NCBI GenBank assembly: GCA_032718475.1
Contig: JAUCBJ010005854.1
Coordinates: 21,117 to 85,116 of the forward strand
Reading direction: 5' to 3'
From: Nemertoderma westbladi
Taxonomy: Eukaryota > Animalia > Xenacoelomorpha
DNA length: 64,000 bases
Below, in pieces: positions 12,101-27,100 of the stretch (positions are counted from its first letter, which is position 1; every line of letters begins with the position of its first letter). The notes under the pieces were generated by a model. That model had not been told where the DNA came from, ran no database searches, and was given only the letters and a program-made list of their open reading frames with translations. Position numbers and translations under genes: made by a program.

Positions 12101-15100
12101 GAAATCTATTGGATAGCCTTGCGGTTCGAAAAGGGTAGTAAGTTGATCCAGTTTAAGAAGGACCAAGAACCAATACGTCGTCTAGGACCAATAATGCTTA
12201 ATAATAAATACCTTTACTTTTTGTATTTATTTGGGAAGGAATTAATTTTAGTCACCTCATCATTCATCATTTTGACTTCTTGTTGACATGGCAATACACC
12301 CCAACTCCAGCAAGCTCTAAACTAATAATACGTGATACAAAATGCTCTACAAAACATTCTGGCAGAACAAAAAATCACTGTTTTATACTAGTTTCTATGA
12401 AACCAGAACCATTGGTTAAACACCCTATCTCGAACAAATCAGCTTACATTGAATGGCAAAACACCCTAATAATTTTATTTCATCAGTTTTAATCCCATTT
12501 TCGTCATTACTCACCATCTATTATATTAAAAAATTCGAAGTTGGCGTGTTAAGTTTCCTTAGGACCCATTAGCAGCGGTTTCTCACAATGTTTTGTATGC
12601 TTAAACAGGGGAAACGCGTTTTGGTTAATTTCTCAAATTGTGTTTTTTTTAGGATAGGGTGCATTGGCAGACAAAACAATGGCAGACCACTAGAATGCAT
12701 CACCGACCGGTGTCGTACAAAATCGCTTAAAAAATGACCAGTTTTACGATGTCCGGCAAGTCTCATATGTTCAATGTTGTGCACGCAGGGTAGTGCTGGG
12801 TTTCAGAAATTGTCAATAACTGCCGAGAATGCTTAACAAAGACAGTTTACTGGAGATTTTATTATACAAACATTATATTAAATAACAAAATAATAATTAC
12901 TATCATATTCTAATTAGTCAATATAACACAACTTACCTGGCTCCATTGAACTGGTACTTTAAACTTTGGGACCTCGTCATTAGAGTCGATGACTCGGATC
13001 GTTAAGGGAACCTCGCTCCTGAGTCCCGGGGGTCTGGAACCTTGGACGGAGCTATCGGTGACCTCCATGGTCAAGTCGAAAGATCGGATCTGATGAAAAA
13101 AAAAATAATACATTAATAATAATTAAGAAATATTTAGTTGTATATATAGTTTGGTGCAAAATGGATAGTGTGTGTTAATGGTGAAATAAAAAGTATATAT
13201 TTTTGAAAAATGTTCATGTTATTCTTTGTACAAGTTTTATTGTGAACCCTAATAATGTTGTGGGGCGAGCCACGCAGTTAGGGCGAGCCTTTAGCGCACG
13301 ATTATAATTAGTAAATAGCGCGAAATTTAATGTCCGTCTGTCTGTCTGTGTGTCTGTACGCCTGTAATTAAATATTCATTCGTAAATAACTTTTAAAGAT
13401 TTTAACCATTTTCAACCAAATTTTGTATGGGCATTCTAGAGAAAATGTTCCTATATTTTTGAAAATTACGGGCAAATACCTCTCGATGTTTTGACCCCAG
13501 AGTCCAGATTAAATCGAACTTGTTTCGAACTTACTCAAGTTCGCGTGCTGCGCTACGCCCCACGAACGTGTACTACACTTATACTTACCATATTCCTATT
13601 TGAGGGATTCGCATATTCTACTCCTGGAATCACATCATCAAACTGCAAAGAACTCTTGAGTCTTAGAATACCGGTTCCAGTGTTACTCACTGTTACATCA
13701 AAGTAATCACTATTTGTTCCTATAGAAAGCAATAAGGATACCATTGCATATATTTGTAACTTCACAAGTGGGTTGTTTGCACTTGGTACAGTATATAGAA
13801 AAATATAAAAAAACATTGCGAAACTTCCGGCGAAACCAACCCATAATCAGCTGATTGACTGATCCGTGATGGCCTGTTGTTAAGGTTATATTAGTAGCTT
13901 TACATGAAATACAATAATTATAACTAATACCTCTGAGCTGGATTTCGTTTCTGTTGGAGTTTGGAAGATCCCCATCGAGAATTCTAAAGGTGTAGAAGGA
14001 TTCGCTGATCTCCGTATCTTCTGGGACTTCCACGTTGTAACTCGACTGCACAAACTCGGGGTATTTGTCGTTGATATCATCGATCTAAAAATAAACGAGT
14101 TTATGCAACAAGTGCAGTGCTCGTAGAGTAAGAGTATACCGGTACACGTGACACTGAAGGCCACAGCAATCAATGAGCCTTACCGCGAACTTAACTTAAA
14201 CTTAAATTTGAGGACACAAGGGAAACAATGGTAACTTTTATTCCTAAAATGCGGATTTTTATCATTACATTCCTAAAATAGCTGACTTTACTTACTATAT
14301 TGATGAGATTTTCCTATTGATGACATGGTGACATGGTTGCTATCTGTATCACAAGTCAGCACTACACACAACGTGTTACATTTCTGCAGTTTGAATTACC
14401 AAACGAAATTTGGAATTCACAGCGAGCAAGGGGGGTAAAATTAAATTTTGTGATTTTGTGGTATAAAATTACGTATTTTCTTGAACAAAAAATATATTCA
14501 CCATACCATTATGACCCCTAGACCTCGCTCCCTAGGTAAATTATTTATACGTCTGGGGGTCAGGAGGAAAAAAGCTAAGGTTTTCCATGCAACAAATTGT
14601 TATAAATTACTATTACAATCATGTGCCCCCCTCCTCCTCCCTTGGCGTGTAGTGGTTAAATCCGTTGCCTTTAATTCACATCTCTCCAGTGGTCGTGAGT
14701 TCGATCCCAGCATGGGGGCGAGGGGATTTTTCATTTGGGCACGAATGCTTTAAAGTGACTATAGCCGGGGGTCATACGTGCCTTACAACCAAATGTTAGC
14801 TAAATGAGTACCAGTTTACACTGGGGAGTATAGTTCTGGGGGGAGCGCGCCCTCTCTAACGTGCATCTTGATCTACTGACTCACCCTTATAGTGGCCGTA
14901 CCGGTACCAGACAAGTTAGCCTGATCCGTAGCCACAACAGTAACAATGTATCTGTCCACAGTCTCCCGATCCAACTCGGCGTTGGTCGTTGTAATTAACC
15001 CGACGTTATTGATTAGAAACAAATTCGAATAGTCCACAATCTAAAAACGTTATGTCATTATCAACTAAATTTGGACAAAATAACAGTTATTTCCACATTG

Positions 15101-18100
15101 GAAAAAGTAAAATTTTTAAAATAAAATATTATTTTCATATTAAGATAGACTAACAATATATTTAGGATGTAGGGAGGCGCTATCGCACATCCTGGGGTAA
15201 AGTTCATTTCAAGTAAAATCAGTTTACAAATAACTCAGGTTGTTCTCACGAAAAGTGGCCGAGATTTGGTTAAAAAGGTTAATTGTTTTTTACCAAACTA
15301 TATATATACCGATAGGACGATTTAAAATTTAATATTGGTTCGTATTTATCTATCTACACAAATCGGGATTCCGGCAATTAATGATGTAATCCCGGTACCG
15401 ATCCCGAATTTTTGGAACGGGATCCCGAAGTACAAATAGTAGATTTGTTGAATATCCGATGAATAGTTAAACCACAGCAGAAATGTATTGATTATGATGA
15501 GTTTGTATGTCAGTAAACTATCAATCAGCAGTTCCAAATAGAGCGATATAAAGTTGCCAAAAACCCGTTTCATACACAACGCCACATATTTGTAACACTT
15601 TAAAGAATTTCCCGCAAAACCTGAAATGTCTGACCCCATTTAGTACATCACACACAGTCGTGAAATTAAATTTGTTAAAAACAAACTTCACCATGTAAAA
15701 TCATGTCCCTAATACTTGTTAGCCAATCAGAATCCAGGATTTGATCTCAAAAAAGTATAGCAGAAATGCAATAGTCCACAAATATTAACTTTTTAGGGGT
15801 TATTTTAGGGGTTATGCCTTCCTTAGGCTAACAAAGCCAAACATTCAAAAATATTTCAATGGAACATTTAAAAAAACCAAAGCATGAATTTTCGTAATTT
15901 GTAATGATGCGAAACTCCAGAATGTTAATATTGGAAGACAATTTGATAAAATATGATCCATTTTCGGCACCTCAGATTGGTATGATTAGGTTTCATGGAG
16001 TTAAACCCATGTCGTGTGGATATAATACGATAGATAGCCTTGTGAATGGATACAACATGGACATTTTTTGACAAAAAGGTCTGGCCGCACTTTTTGTGAG
16101 AACGACCCAACCATAGGCTACAGACTACAGTCAGTGTATAAATGCGGAATAAATATTATACAAGGAGCATTAAATGTAATCATACCGTATAACGGAGTGA
16201 GTCGCCAGACTCGGAGGTTGTTTCTGGATCGTAGGCACTCATTATCATAACGGAGCGACCACCTGATGATCCTTCGGCAACATTACCGATGTAGAAGGGT
16301 TGATTGAATACTGGAGCGGTGTCGATAATATCGTCAACCTTAACAACCACGTTTATTTGTGCCATGTTACCCTGTTGACGAAAAAAAATATATTTATACC
16401 GGCCGATAATGATTTTTAAGCTTTACATCGGCATATCGTAACCGTATAGCTATTAAAAAGAATGCTTGGAACGCCGCGTAGATTCAAGAATTATTCAGGT
16501 AATATAGATTGTAAGTATCCCAAACATTAAGTCATTTTTATTCGATAAACATTGTACATCCGTAAATTACGATTTAACACCGATAAATTCGGTATTTTAT
16601 TGAGGATAAATCAAATTATTGACAATAAATTATTTTATCCTTCATAAACTATTGAACTTATCGGCTATAAATTAATTTAGAGATAATTAATTTAGCGGTA
16701 TATTAATTTAGCGACAATGATGTAGAGCAATAAAATGTGAACAGCTACACTGTAATATTTGTGAACAATATAATTTCCTGTCAATATTCCAACGACATTA
16801 AGTATGCTTTTAAATTAAATTAACACGTTGGTGCCCACATCTGCGAATCTATTTTTAAATTTAAAATGTTATATTAAATTTAATTTAAGGTTGTCCCCCT
16901 GTCTGCAGGTTGTCACGCTGTCGACAGGTTGTGATCCTGTCGGCAGGTTATCACCCTGTCTGCAGGTCGTCACCATGTCGACAGGTTGTCACCTTGTCGG
17001 CAGGTTGTCACCCTGTCGGCAGGTTGTAACCCTGTCTACAGGTTGTCACCTTGTCGGCAGGTTGTCACCATGTCAGCAGGTTGTCACCCTGTCGGCAGGT
17101 TGTAACCCTGTCGGTTGGTTGTCACTATGTCTGCAGGTTGTCACGCTGTCGACAGGTTGTGATCCTGTCGGCAGGTTATAACCCTGCCTGCAGGTCGTCA
17201 CCATGTCGACAGGTTGTCACGTTGTCGACAGGTTGTCATCATGTCAGCAGGTTGTCACGCTGTCGGCAGGTTGTCACCCTGTCAACAGCTGGTCACCCTA
17301 TCTGCAGGTTGACACGCTGACGGCAGGTTGTCACCCTGTCAGCAGGTTGTCACCTTGTCTGCAGGTTGTCATCCTGTCAACAGCTGGTCACCCTGTCAGC
17401 ACGTTGTCACCATGTCAGCAGGTTGTCACCCTGTCAACAGCTGGTCACCCTGTCTGCAGGTTGTCACCCTGTCGGGAGGATTTCACCCTGTCAGCAGCTG
17501 GTCACCCTATCTGCAGGTTGTCACCCTGTCGGCAGGTTGTCACCCTGTCAGCAGGTTGTCACCTTGTCTGCAGGTTATCACCCTGTCAACAGCTGGTCAT
17601 CCTGTCGGCAGGTTGTCACCCTGTCAGCACGTTGTCATCCTGTCAACAACTGGTCACCCTGTCTGCAGGTTGTCACCCTGTCTGATGGTTGTCACCCTGA
17701 GGGCAGGTTGTCACCATGTCGGCAGGTTGTCACCCTGTCAGCAGGTTGTCACCCTGTCAACAACTGGTCACCCTGTCTGCAGGTTATCACCCTGTCGGCA
17801 GGTTGTCACCCTGTAGCAGGTTGTCACCTTGTCAACAGCTGGTCACCTTGTCGGCAGGTTGTCACCCTGTCAGCACGTTGTCACCATGTCAGCAGGTTGT
17901 CACCCTGTCAACAACTATGGTCACCCTGTCTGCAGGTTGTCACCCTGTCGGCAGGTTGTCACCCTGTCAGCAGGTTGTCACCCTGTCAGCAGCTGGTCAC
18001 CCTATCTGCAGGTTGTCACCTTGTCTGCAGGTTGTCACCCTGTCAACAGCTGGTCACCCTGTCGGCAGGTTGTCACCCTGTCAGCACGTTGTCACCATGT

Positions 18101-21100
18101 CAGCAGGTTGTCACCCTGTCAACAGCTGGTCACCCTGTCTGCAGGTTGTCACCCTGTCGGGAGGATGTCACCCTGTCAGCAGCTGGTCACTCTATCTGCA
18201 GGTTGTCACCCTGTCAGCAGGTTGTCACCCTGTCAGCAGGTTGTCACCTTGTCTGCAGGTTATCACCCTGTCAACAGCTGGTCATCCTGTCGGCAGGTTG
18301 TCACCCTGTCAGCACGTTGTCATCCTGTCAACAACTGGTCACCCTGTCTGCAGGTTGTCACCCTGTCTGCAGGTTGTCACCCTGAGGGCAGGTTGTCACC
18401 ATGTCGGCAGGTTGTCACCCTGTCAGCAGGTTGTCACCCTGTCAACAACTGGTCACCCTGTCTGCAGGTTATCACCCTGTCGGCAGGTTGTCACCCTGTA
18501 GCAGGTTGTCACCTTGTCAACAGCTGGTCACCTTGTCGGCAGGTTGTCACCCTGTCAGCACGTTGTCACCATGTCAGCAGGTTGTCACCCTGTCAACAAC
18601 TATGGTCACCCTGTCTGCAGGTTGTCACCCTGTCGGCAGGTTGTCACCCTGTCAGCAGGTTGTCACCCTGTCAGCAGCTGGTCACCCTATCTGCAGGTTG
18701 TCACCCTGTCGGCAGGTTGTCACCCTGTCCGCAGGTTGTCACCTTGTCTGCAGGTTGTCACCCTGTCAACAGCTGGTCACCCTGTCGGCAGGTTGTCACC
18801 CTGTCAGCACGTTGTCATCCTGTCAACAACTGGTCACCCTGTCTGCAGGTTGTCACCCTGTCTGCAGGTTGTCACCCTGAGGGCAGGTTGTCACCATGTC
18901 GGCAGGTTGTCACCCTGTCAGCAGGTTGTCACCCTGTCAACAACTGGTCACCCTGTCTGCAGGTTATCACCCTGTCGGCAGGTTGTCACCCTGTAGCAGG
19001 TTGTCACCTTGTCTGCAGGTTGTCACCCTGTCAACAGCTGGTCACCTTGTCGGCAGGTTGTCACCCTGTCAGCACGTTGTCACCATGTCAGCAGGTTGTC
19101 ACCCTGTCAACAACTATGGTCACCCTGTCTGCAGGTTCTCACCCTGTCAGCACGTTGTCATCCTGTCTGCAGGTTGTCACCCTGTCAACAACTGGTCACC
19201 CTGTCTGAAGGTTGTCACCATGTCTGCAGGTTGTGGCCCTGTCTGCAGGTTGTCACCCTGTCAACAACTTGTCACCCTGTCTGCAGGTTGTCACCCTGTC
19301 AGCACGTTGTCACCCTGTCTGCAGGTTGTCACCCTGTCAACAACTGGACACCCTGTCTGCAGGTTGTCACCCTGTCTGCAGGTTGTGGCCCTGTCTGCAG
19401 GTTGTCACCCTGTCAACAACTGGTCACCCTGACTGCAGGTTGTCACCCTGTCAGCACGTTGTCACCCTGTCTGCAGGTTGTCACCCTGTCAACAACTGGA
19501 CACCCTGTCTGCAGGTTGTCACCCTGTCTGCAGGTTGTGGCCCTGTCTGCAGGTTGTCACCCTGTCAACAACTGGTCACCCTGTCGGCAGGTTATAACCC
19601 TGCCTGCAGGTCGTCACCATGTCGACAGGTTGTCACGTTGTCGACAGGTTGTCACCATGTCAGCAGGTTGTCACGCTGTCGGCAGGTTGTCACCCTGTCA
19701 ACAGCTGGTCACCCTGTCTGCAGGTTGACACGATGACGGCAGGTTGTCACCCTGTCAGCAGGTTGTCACCTTGTCTGCAGGTTGTCACCCTGTCAACAAC
19801 TGGTCACCCTGTCTGCAGGTTGTCACCCTGTCTGCAGGTTGTCCCCCTGTCTGCAGGTTGTCACCCTGAGGGCAGGTTGTCACCATGTCGGCAGGGTGTC
19901 ACCCTGTCAGCAGGTTGTCACCCTGTCAACAACTGGTCACCCTGTCTGCAGGTTATCACCCTGTCGGCAGGTTGTCACCCTGTAGCAGGTTGTCACCTTG
20001 TCTGCAGGTTGTCACCCTGTCAACAGCTGGTCACCTTGTCGGCAGGTTGTCACCCTGTCAGCACGTTGTCACCATGTCAGCAGGTTGTCACCCTGTCATC
20101 AACTATGGTCACCCTGTCTGCAGGTTGTCACCCTGTCAGCACGTTGTCACCCTGTCAACAACTGGTCACCCTGTCTGCAGGTTGTCACCATGTCTGCAGG
20201 TTGTGGCCCTGTCTGCAGGTTGTCACCCTGTCAACAACTTGTCACCCTGTCTGCAGGTTGTCACCCTGTCAGCACGTTGTCACCCTGTCTGCAGGTTGTC
20301 ACCCTGTCAACAACTGGACACCCTGTCTGCAGATTGTCACCCTGTCTGCAGGTTGTGGCCCTGTCTGCAGGTTGTCACCCTGTCAACAACTGGTCACCCT
20401 GACTGCAGGTTGTCACCCTGTCAGCACGTTGTCACCCTGTCTGCAGGTTGTCACCCTGTCAACAACTGGACAACCTGTCTGCAGGTTGTGACCCTGTCTG
20501 CAGGTTGTGACCCTGTCTGCAGGTTGTCACCCTGTCAACAACTGGTCAGCCTGTCGGCAGGTTATAACCCTGCCTGCAGGTCGTCACCATGTCGACAGGT
20601 TGTCACGTTGTCGACAGGTTGTCACCATGTCAGCAGGTTGTCACGCTGTCGGCAGGTTGTCACCCTGTCAACAGCTGGTCACCCTGTCTGCAGGTTGACA
20701 CGATGACGGCAGGTTGTCACCCTGTCAGCAGGTTGTCACCTTGTCTGCAGGTTGTCACCCTGTCAACAGCTGGTCACCCTGCCGGCAGGTTGTCACCCTG
20801 TCAGCACGTTGTCACCATGTCAGCAGGTTGTCACCCTGTCAACAGCTGGTCACCCTGTCTGCAGGTTGTCACCCTGTCAGCAGCTGGTCACCCTATCTGC
20901 AGGTTGTCACCCTGTCGGCAGATTGTCACCCTGTCAGCAGGTTGTCACCTTGTCTGCAGGTTGTCACCCTGTCAACAGATGGTCACCCTGTTGGCAGGTT
21001 GTCACCCTGTCAGCACGTTGTCATCCTGTCAACAACTGGTCACCCTGTCTGCAGGTTGTCACCCTGTCTGCAGGTTGTCACCCTGAGGGCAGGTTGTCAC

Positions 21101-24100
21101 CATGTCGGCAGGTTGTCACCCTGTCAGCAGGTTGTCACCCTGTCAACAACTGGTCACCCTGTCTGCAGGATATCACCCTGTCGGCAGGTTGCCACCCTGT
21201 AGCAGGTTGTCACCTTGTCTGCAGGTTGTCACCCTGTCAACAGCTGGTCACCTTGTCGGCAGGTTGTCACCCTGTCAGCACGTTGTCACCATGTCAGCAG
21301 GTTGTCACCCTGTCAACAACTATGGTCACCCTGTCTGCAGGTTGTCACCCTGTCGGCAGGTTGTCACCCTGTCAGCAGGTTGTCACCCTGTCAGCAGCTG
21401 GTCACCCTATCTGCAGGTTGTCACCCTGTCGGCACGTTGTCACCCTGTCGGCAGGTTGTCACCCTGTAGCAGGTTGTCACCTTGTCTGCAGGTTGTCACC
21501 CTGTCAACAGCTGGTCACCTTGTCGGCAGGTTGTCACCCTGTCAGCACGTTGTCACCATGTCAGCAGGTTGTCACCCTGTCAACAACTATGGTCACCCTG
21601 TCAGCACGTTGTCATCCTGTCTGCAGGTTGTCACCCTGTCAACAACTGGTCACCCTGTCTGCAGGTTGTCACCCAGTCTGCAGGTTGTCACCATGTCTGC
21701 TGGTTGTGGCCCTGTCTGCAGGTTGTCACCCTGTCAACAACTATGGTCACCCTGTCAGCACGTTGTCATCCTGTCTGCAGGTTGTCACCCTGTCAACAAC
21801 TGGTCACCCTGTCTGCAGGTTGTCACCCAGTCTGCAGGTTGTCACCATGTCTGCTGGTTGTGGCCCTGTCTGCAGGTTGTCACCCTGTCAACAACTGGTC
21901 ACCCTGTCTGCAGGTTGTCACCCTGTCTGCAGGTTGTCACCCTGTCAGCACGTTGTCACCCTGTCTGCAGGTTGTCACCCTGTCAACAACTGGACACCCT
22001 GTCTACAGGTTGTCACCCTGTCTACAGGTTGTCACCCTGTCTGCAGGTTGTCACCCAGTCTGCAGGTTGTCACCATGTCTGCTGGTTGTGGCCCTGTCTG
22101 CAGGTTGTCACCCTGTCAACAACTTGTCACCCTGTCTGCAGGTTGTCACCCTGTCAGCACGTTGTCATCCTGTCTGCAGGTTGTCACCCTGTCAACAACT
22201 GGTCACCCTGTCTGCAGGTTGTCACCCAGTCTGCAGGTTGTCACCATGTCTGCTGGTTGTGGCCCTGTCTGCAGGTTGTCACCCTGTCAACAACTTGTCA
22301 CCCTGTCTGCAGGTTGTCACCCTGTCAGCACGTTGTCACCCTGTCTGCAGGTTGTCACCCTGTCAACAACTGGACACCCTGTCTACAGGTTGTCACCCTG
22401 TCTGCAGGTTGTCACCCTGTCTACAGGTTGTCACCCTGTCAGCACGTTGTCACCCTGTCTGCAGGTTGTCACCCTGTCAACAACTGGACACCCTGTCTAC
22501 AGGTTGTCACCCTGTCTGCAGGTTGTCACCCTGTCAACAACTTGTCACCCTGTCTGCAGGTTGTCACCCTGTCAGCACGTTGTCACCCTGTCTGCAGGTT
22601 GTCACCCTGTCAACAACTGGACACCCTGTCTACAGGTTGTCACCCTGTCTGCAGGTTGTCACCCTGTCTACAGGTTGTCACCCTGTCTACAGGTTGTCAC
22701 CCTGTCTGCAGGTTGTCACCCTGTCTGCAGGTTGTCACCCTGTCAGCACGTTGTCACCCTGTCTGCAGGTTGTCACCCTGTCAACAACTGGACACCCTGT
22801 CTACAGGTTGTCACCCTGTCTGCAGGTTGTCACCCTGTCTGCAGGTTGTCACCCTGTCTGCAGGTTGTCACCCTGTCTACAGGTTGTCACCCTGTCTGCA
22901 GGTTGTCACCCTGTCTGCAGGTTGTCACCCTGTCTACAGGTTGTCACCCTGTCTACAGGTTGTCACCCTGTCTGCAGGTTGTCACCCTGTCTGCAGGTTG
23001 TCACCCTGTCTGCAGGTTGTGGCCCTGTCTACCGGGTATCAACCAGTCAGCAAGTCCCCAAATTAATATATATAACATAACGAACCCGTCCTCCGTTGTC
23101 TACAGCCCGGACGTGGAAATTCCATTGCTTTTGTGACTCGTAATCTAGTGGACTCTTTACATACAGATAACCATTATCGTCCACGTCAAAAAAGTTGTGG
23201 GCTTCGGAATTAGTATCAATAGAATACCGGATATCGCAGATAGGGTCGTTTGGACTGCAAAAAAAAGTTTAAGTTTATTTAATGAGTTAACAACGAAACT
23301 GCCTCTTTATTAGAGATATGTATAGGTATAATATAGTCTAGTTGTTGTATATATAGTCTAGTTTTTACATATATAGTCACATTTTTATGCTTTTGTCCAG
23401 CAATTAACGATTTTGCTATATTTCAGCCTTAAGCGACCCCACTAGTAGAAAAGAAGGAAAGAATGTAATTCTTGTGTTTGCTCATTGATCGATCGGTGAC
23501 GGCAGGTATTGGGTTCGATCCCGGAGGTTAGCCAGTTTGTTTTACAACTCTACCTGGCTTCACTAGTCATAATTTAAGTACAACGAATTAAGAATCAAGC
23601 TAAGTAATAATTAATATTATATTTGAACTTACTTAAAACTCTCACACTGGGTGTTGGTCCCACGCCGACAATCCGGGTCGTTTGCTTGGACTTGGATAAA
23701 ATTCCCGGGCCCAGGATTAGTTCGTTGCCCTTCCTCCACCTTCCCCTGGGGATTCGTTTGAATAAATACCGGTATTTGGTCGTTTGTGTTCTCCAGTGTG
23801 ACTATAACCTGAGTGGTATCGGAATTCAACCCATCTGATGATTGCACAGTCAAATCGTACTGCAAAATATATTCGAATGTAAAATATACAAAATTTTATT
23901 TCATAAGCGACCAATTTGCGCTGGATATCACTTTTTAACTTTGTGGCTGACATACATAGTTCAGTACGGGCCAAATAGGCAATCTGCCTGTCTGTCGGAT
24001 CAATGTTTGAGTGTCGATTATCTCAGCAACGGCTCGAATAAATTGAATTGATATTTGATATACCGGTACCAGAAATAGTTTATAACAAGTTTAGAAAGTT

Positions 24101-27100
24101 TTGAAAACTACAGAGAATTTCACTTTCGCTAGAATTTCCTTCTAAATTCACGATCAAAGTTTCAGAGTTGTCACAGTACTTAAGGCAACGCTGGACTGTA
24201 CCGGAACTGTAGGGTAAGGTTCGCACTGAGTTTGTGTTGCAATATTCCCCCAACTAAAGTATGTAAAGGCGACCAACTTACTCGGCATCTTATCTCGTAG
24301 TCGAGTTTTTGGGCTACCAAAAGATTTCCCTGATTATCGACTCGGAAAAGGCCGTCAGAATTCCCTGAAAGAATGCTGAAGGAGCGGACTCCAGTCTCCT
24401 TCAAGTCTTTATCTTCAACGGGAAGGTTCAAAATAAGAGAACCTTTCTCTCTGTCCTCCGGTATTGTCACCTCGTATAAATCTTCTTTGAACTCTGGAGG
24501 GTGATCGTTGATATCGCTTATATGGACAGTGACCTAAACGGAAAAAGTATCAATTCTAATACAGATAGTTACCTAAACTGAAAGTGTCCATTCTAATACG
24601 GACAGTGACCTAAACTGAAAGTGTCCATTCTAATACGGACAGTGACCTAAACTGAAAGTGTCCATTCTAATACAGACAGTGACCTAAACGGAAAAAGTGT
24701 CCATTCTAATACGGACAGTGACCTAAACTGAAAGTTTCCATTCTAATACAGACAGTGACCTAAACGGAAAAAGTGTCCATCATGCTTTATACAGACAGTG
24801 ACCTAAACTGAAAGTGTCCATTCTAATACGGACAGTGACCTAAACTGAAAGTGTCCATTCTAATACAGACAGTGACCTAAACGGAAAAAGTGTCCATGCT
24901 AATACGGACAGTGACCTAAACGGAAAGTGTCCATTCTAATACGGACAGTGACCTAAACGGAAAAAGTGTCCATTCTAATACGGACAGTGACCTAAACGGA
25001 AAAAGTGTCCATTCTAATACGGACAGTGACCTAAACTGAAAGTTTCCATTCTAATACAGACAGTGACCTAAACGGAAAAAGTGTCCATCATGCTTTATAC
25101 GGACAGTGACCTAAACGGAAAAAGTGTCCATTCTAATACAGACAGTGACCTAAACGGAAAAAGTGTCCATTCTAATACGGACAGTGACCTAAACTGAAAG
25201 TGTCCATTCTAATACGGACAGTGACCTAAACGGAAAGTGTCCATTCTAATACGGACAGTGACCTAAACGGAAAAAGTGTCCATTCTAATACGGACAGTGA
25301 CCTAAACTGAAAGTTTCCATTCTAATACAGACAGTGACCTAAACGGAAAAAGTGTCCATCATGCTTTATACAGACAGTGACCTAAACTGAAAGTGTCCAT
25401 TCTAATACAGACAGTGACCTAAACGGAAAAAGTGTCCATTCTAATACGGACAGTGACCTAAACTGAAAGTGTCCATTCTAATACGGACAGTGACCTAAAC
25501 GGAAAGTGTCCATTCTAATACGGACAGTGACCTAAACGGAAAAAGTGTCCATGCTAATACGGACAGTGACCTAAACGGAAAGTGTCCATTCTAATACGGA
25601 CAGTGACCTAAACTGAAAGTTTCCATTCTAATACGGACAGTGACCTAAACGGAAAAAGTGTCCATTCTAATACGGACAGTGACCTAAACTGAAAGTTTCC
25701 ATTCTAATACGGACAGTGACCTAAACTGAAAGTGTCCATTCTAATACAGACAGTGACCTAAACGGAAAAAGTGTCCATGCTAATACGGACAGTGACCTAA
25801 ACGGAAAGTGTCCATTCTAATACGGACAGTGACCTAAACGGAAAAAGTGTCCATTCTAATACGGACAGTGACCTAAACGGAAAAAGTGTCCATTCTAATA
25901 CAGACAGTGACCTAAACGGAAAAAGTGTCCATTCTAATACGGACAGTGACCTAAACTGAAAGTGTCCATTCTAATACGGACAGTGACCTAAACGGAAAGT
26001 GTCCATTCTAATACGGACAGTGACCTAAACGGAAAAAGTGTCCATTCTAATACGGACAGTGACCTAAACTGAAAGTTTCCATTCTAATACAGACAGTGAC
26101 CTAAACGGAAAAAGTGTCCATCATGCTTTATACAGACAGTGACCTAAACTGAAAGTGTCCATTCTAATACGGACAGTGACCTAAACTGAAAGTGTCCATT
26201 CTAATACAGACAGTGACCTAAACGGAAAAAGTGTCCATTCTAATACGGACAGTGACCTAAACTGAAAGTGTCCATTCTAATACGGACAGTGACCTAAACG
26301 GAAAGTGTCCATTCTAATACGGACAGTGACCTAAACGGAAAAAGTGTCCATTCTAATACGGACAGTGACCTAAACTGAAAGTTTCCATTCTAATACAGAC
26401 AGTGACCTAAACGGAAAAAGTGTCCATCATGCTTTATACAGACAGTGACCTAAACTGAAAGTGTCCATTCTAATACGGACAGTGACCTAAACTGAAAGTG
26501 TCCATTCTAATACAGACAGTGACCTAAACGGAAAAAGTGTCCATGCTAATACGGACAGTGACCTAAACGGAAAGTGTCCATTCTAATACGGACAGTGACC
26601 TAAACGGAAAAAGTGTCCATTCTAATACGGACAGTGACCTAAACGGAAAAAGTGTCCATTCTAATACGGACAGTGACCTAAACTGAAAGTTTCCATTCTA
26701 ATACAGACAGTGACCTAAACGGAAAAAGTGTCCATCATGCTTTATACAGACAGTGACCTAAACGGAAAAAGTGTCCATTCTAATACAGACAGTGACCTAA
26801 ACGGAAAAAGTGTCCATTCTAATACGGACAGTGACCTAAACTGAAAGTTTCCATTCTAATACAGACAGTGACCTAAACGGAAAAAGTGTCCATCATGCTT
26901 TATACAGACAGTGACCTAAACTGAAAGTGTCCATTCTAATACGGACAGTGACCTAAACTGAAAGTGTCCATTCTAATACAGACAGTGACCTAAACGGAAA
27001 AAGTGTCCATTCTAATACGGACAGTGACCTAAACTGAAAGTTTCCATTCTAATACAGACAGTGACCTAAACGGAAAAAGTGTCCATCATGCTTTATACAG

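Noticed and set aside
13740-13800. Possible Cys-rich micro-exon (CTKCKQPTCEVTNIC)
   Set aside because: No suitable upstream acceptor, too close to the next acceptor, and exons 13931 and 13719 already join in phase.
16828-23136. Long Cys-rich plus-strand ORFs (up to 794 aa)
   Set aside because: By-product of a stop-free 19-bp unit; the same peptide appears in all three frames, antisense within an intron.
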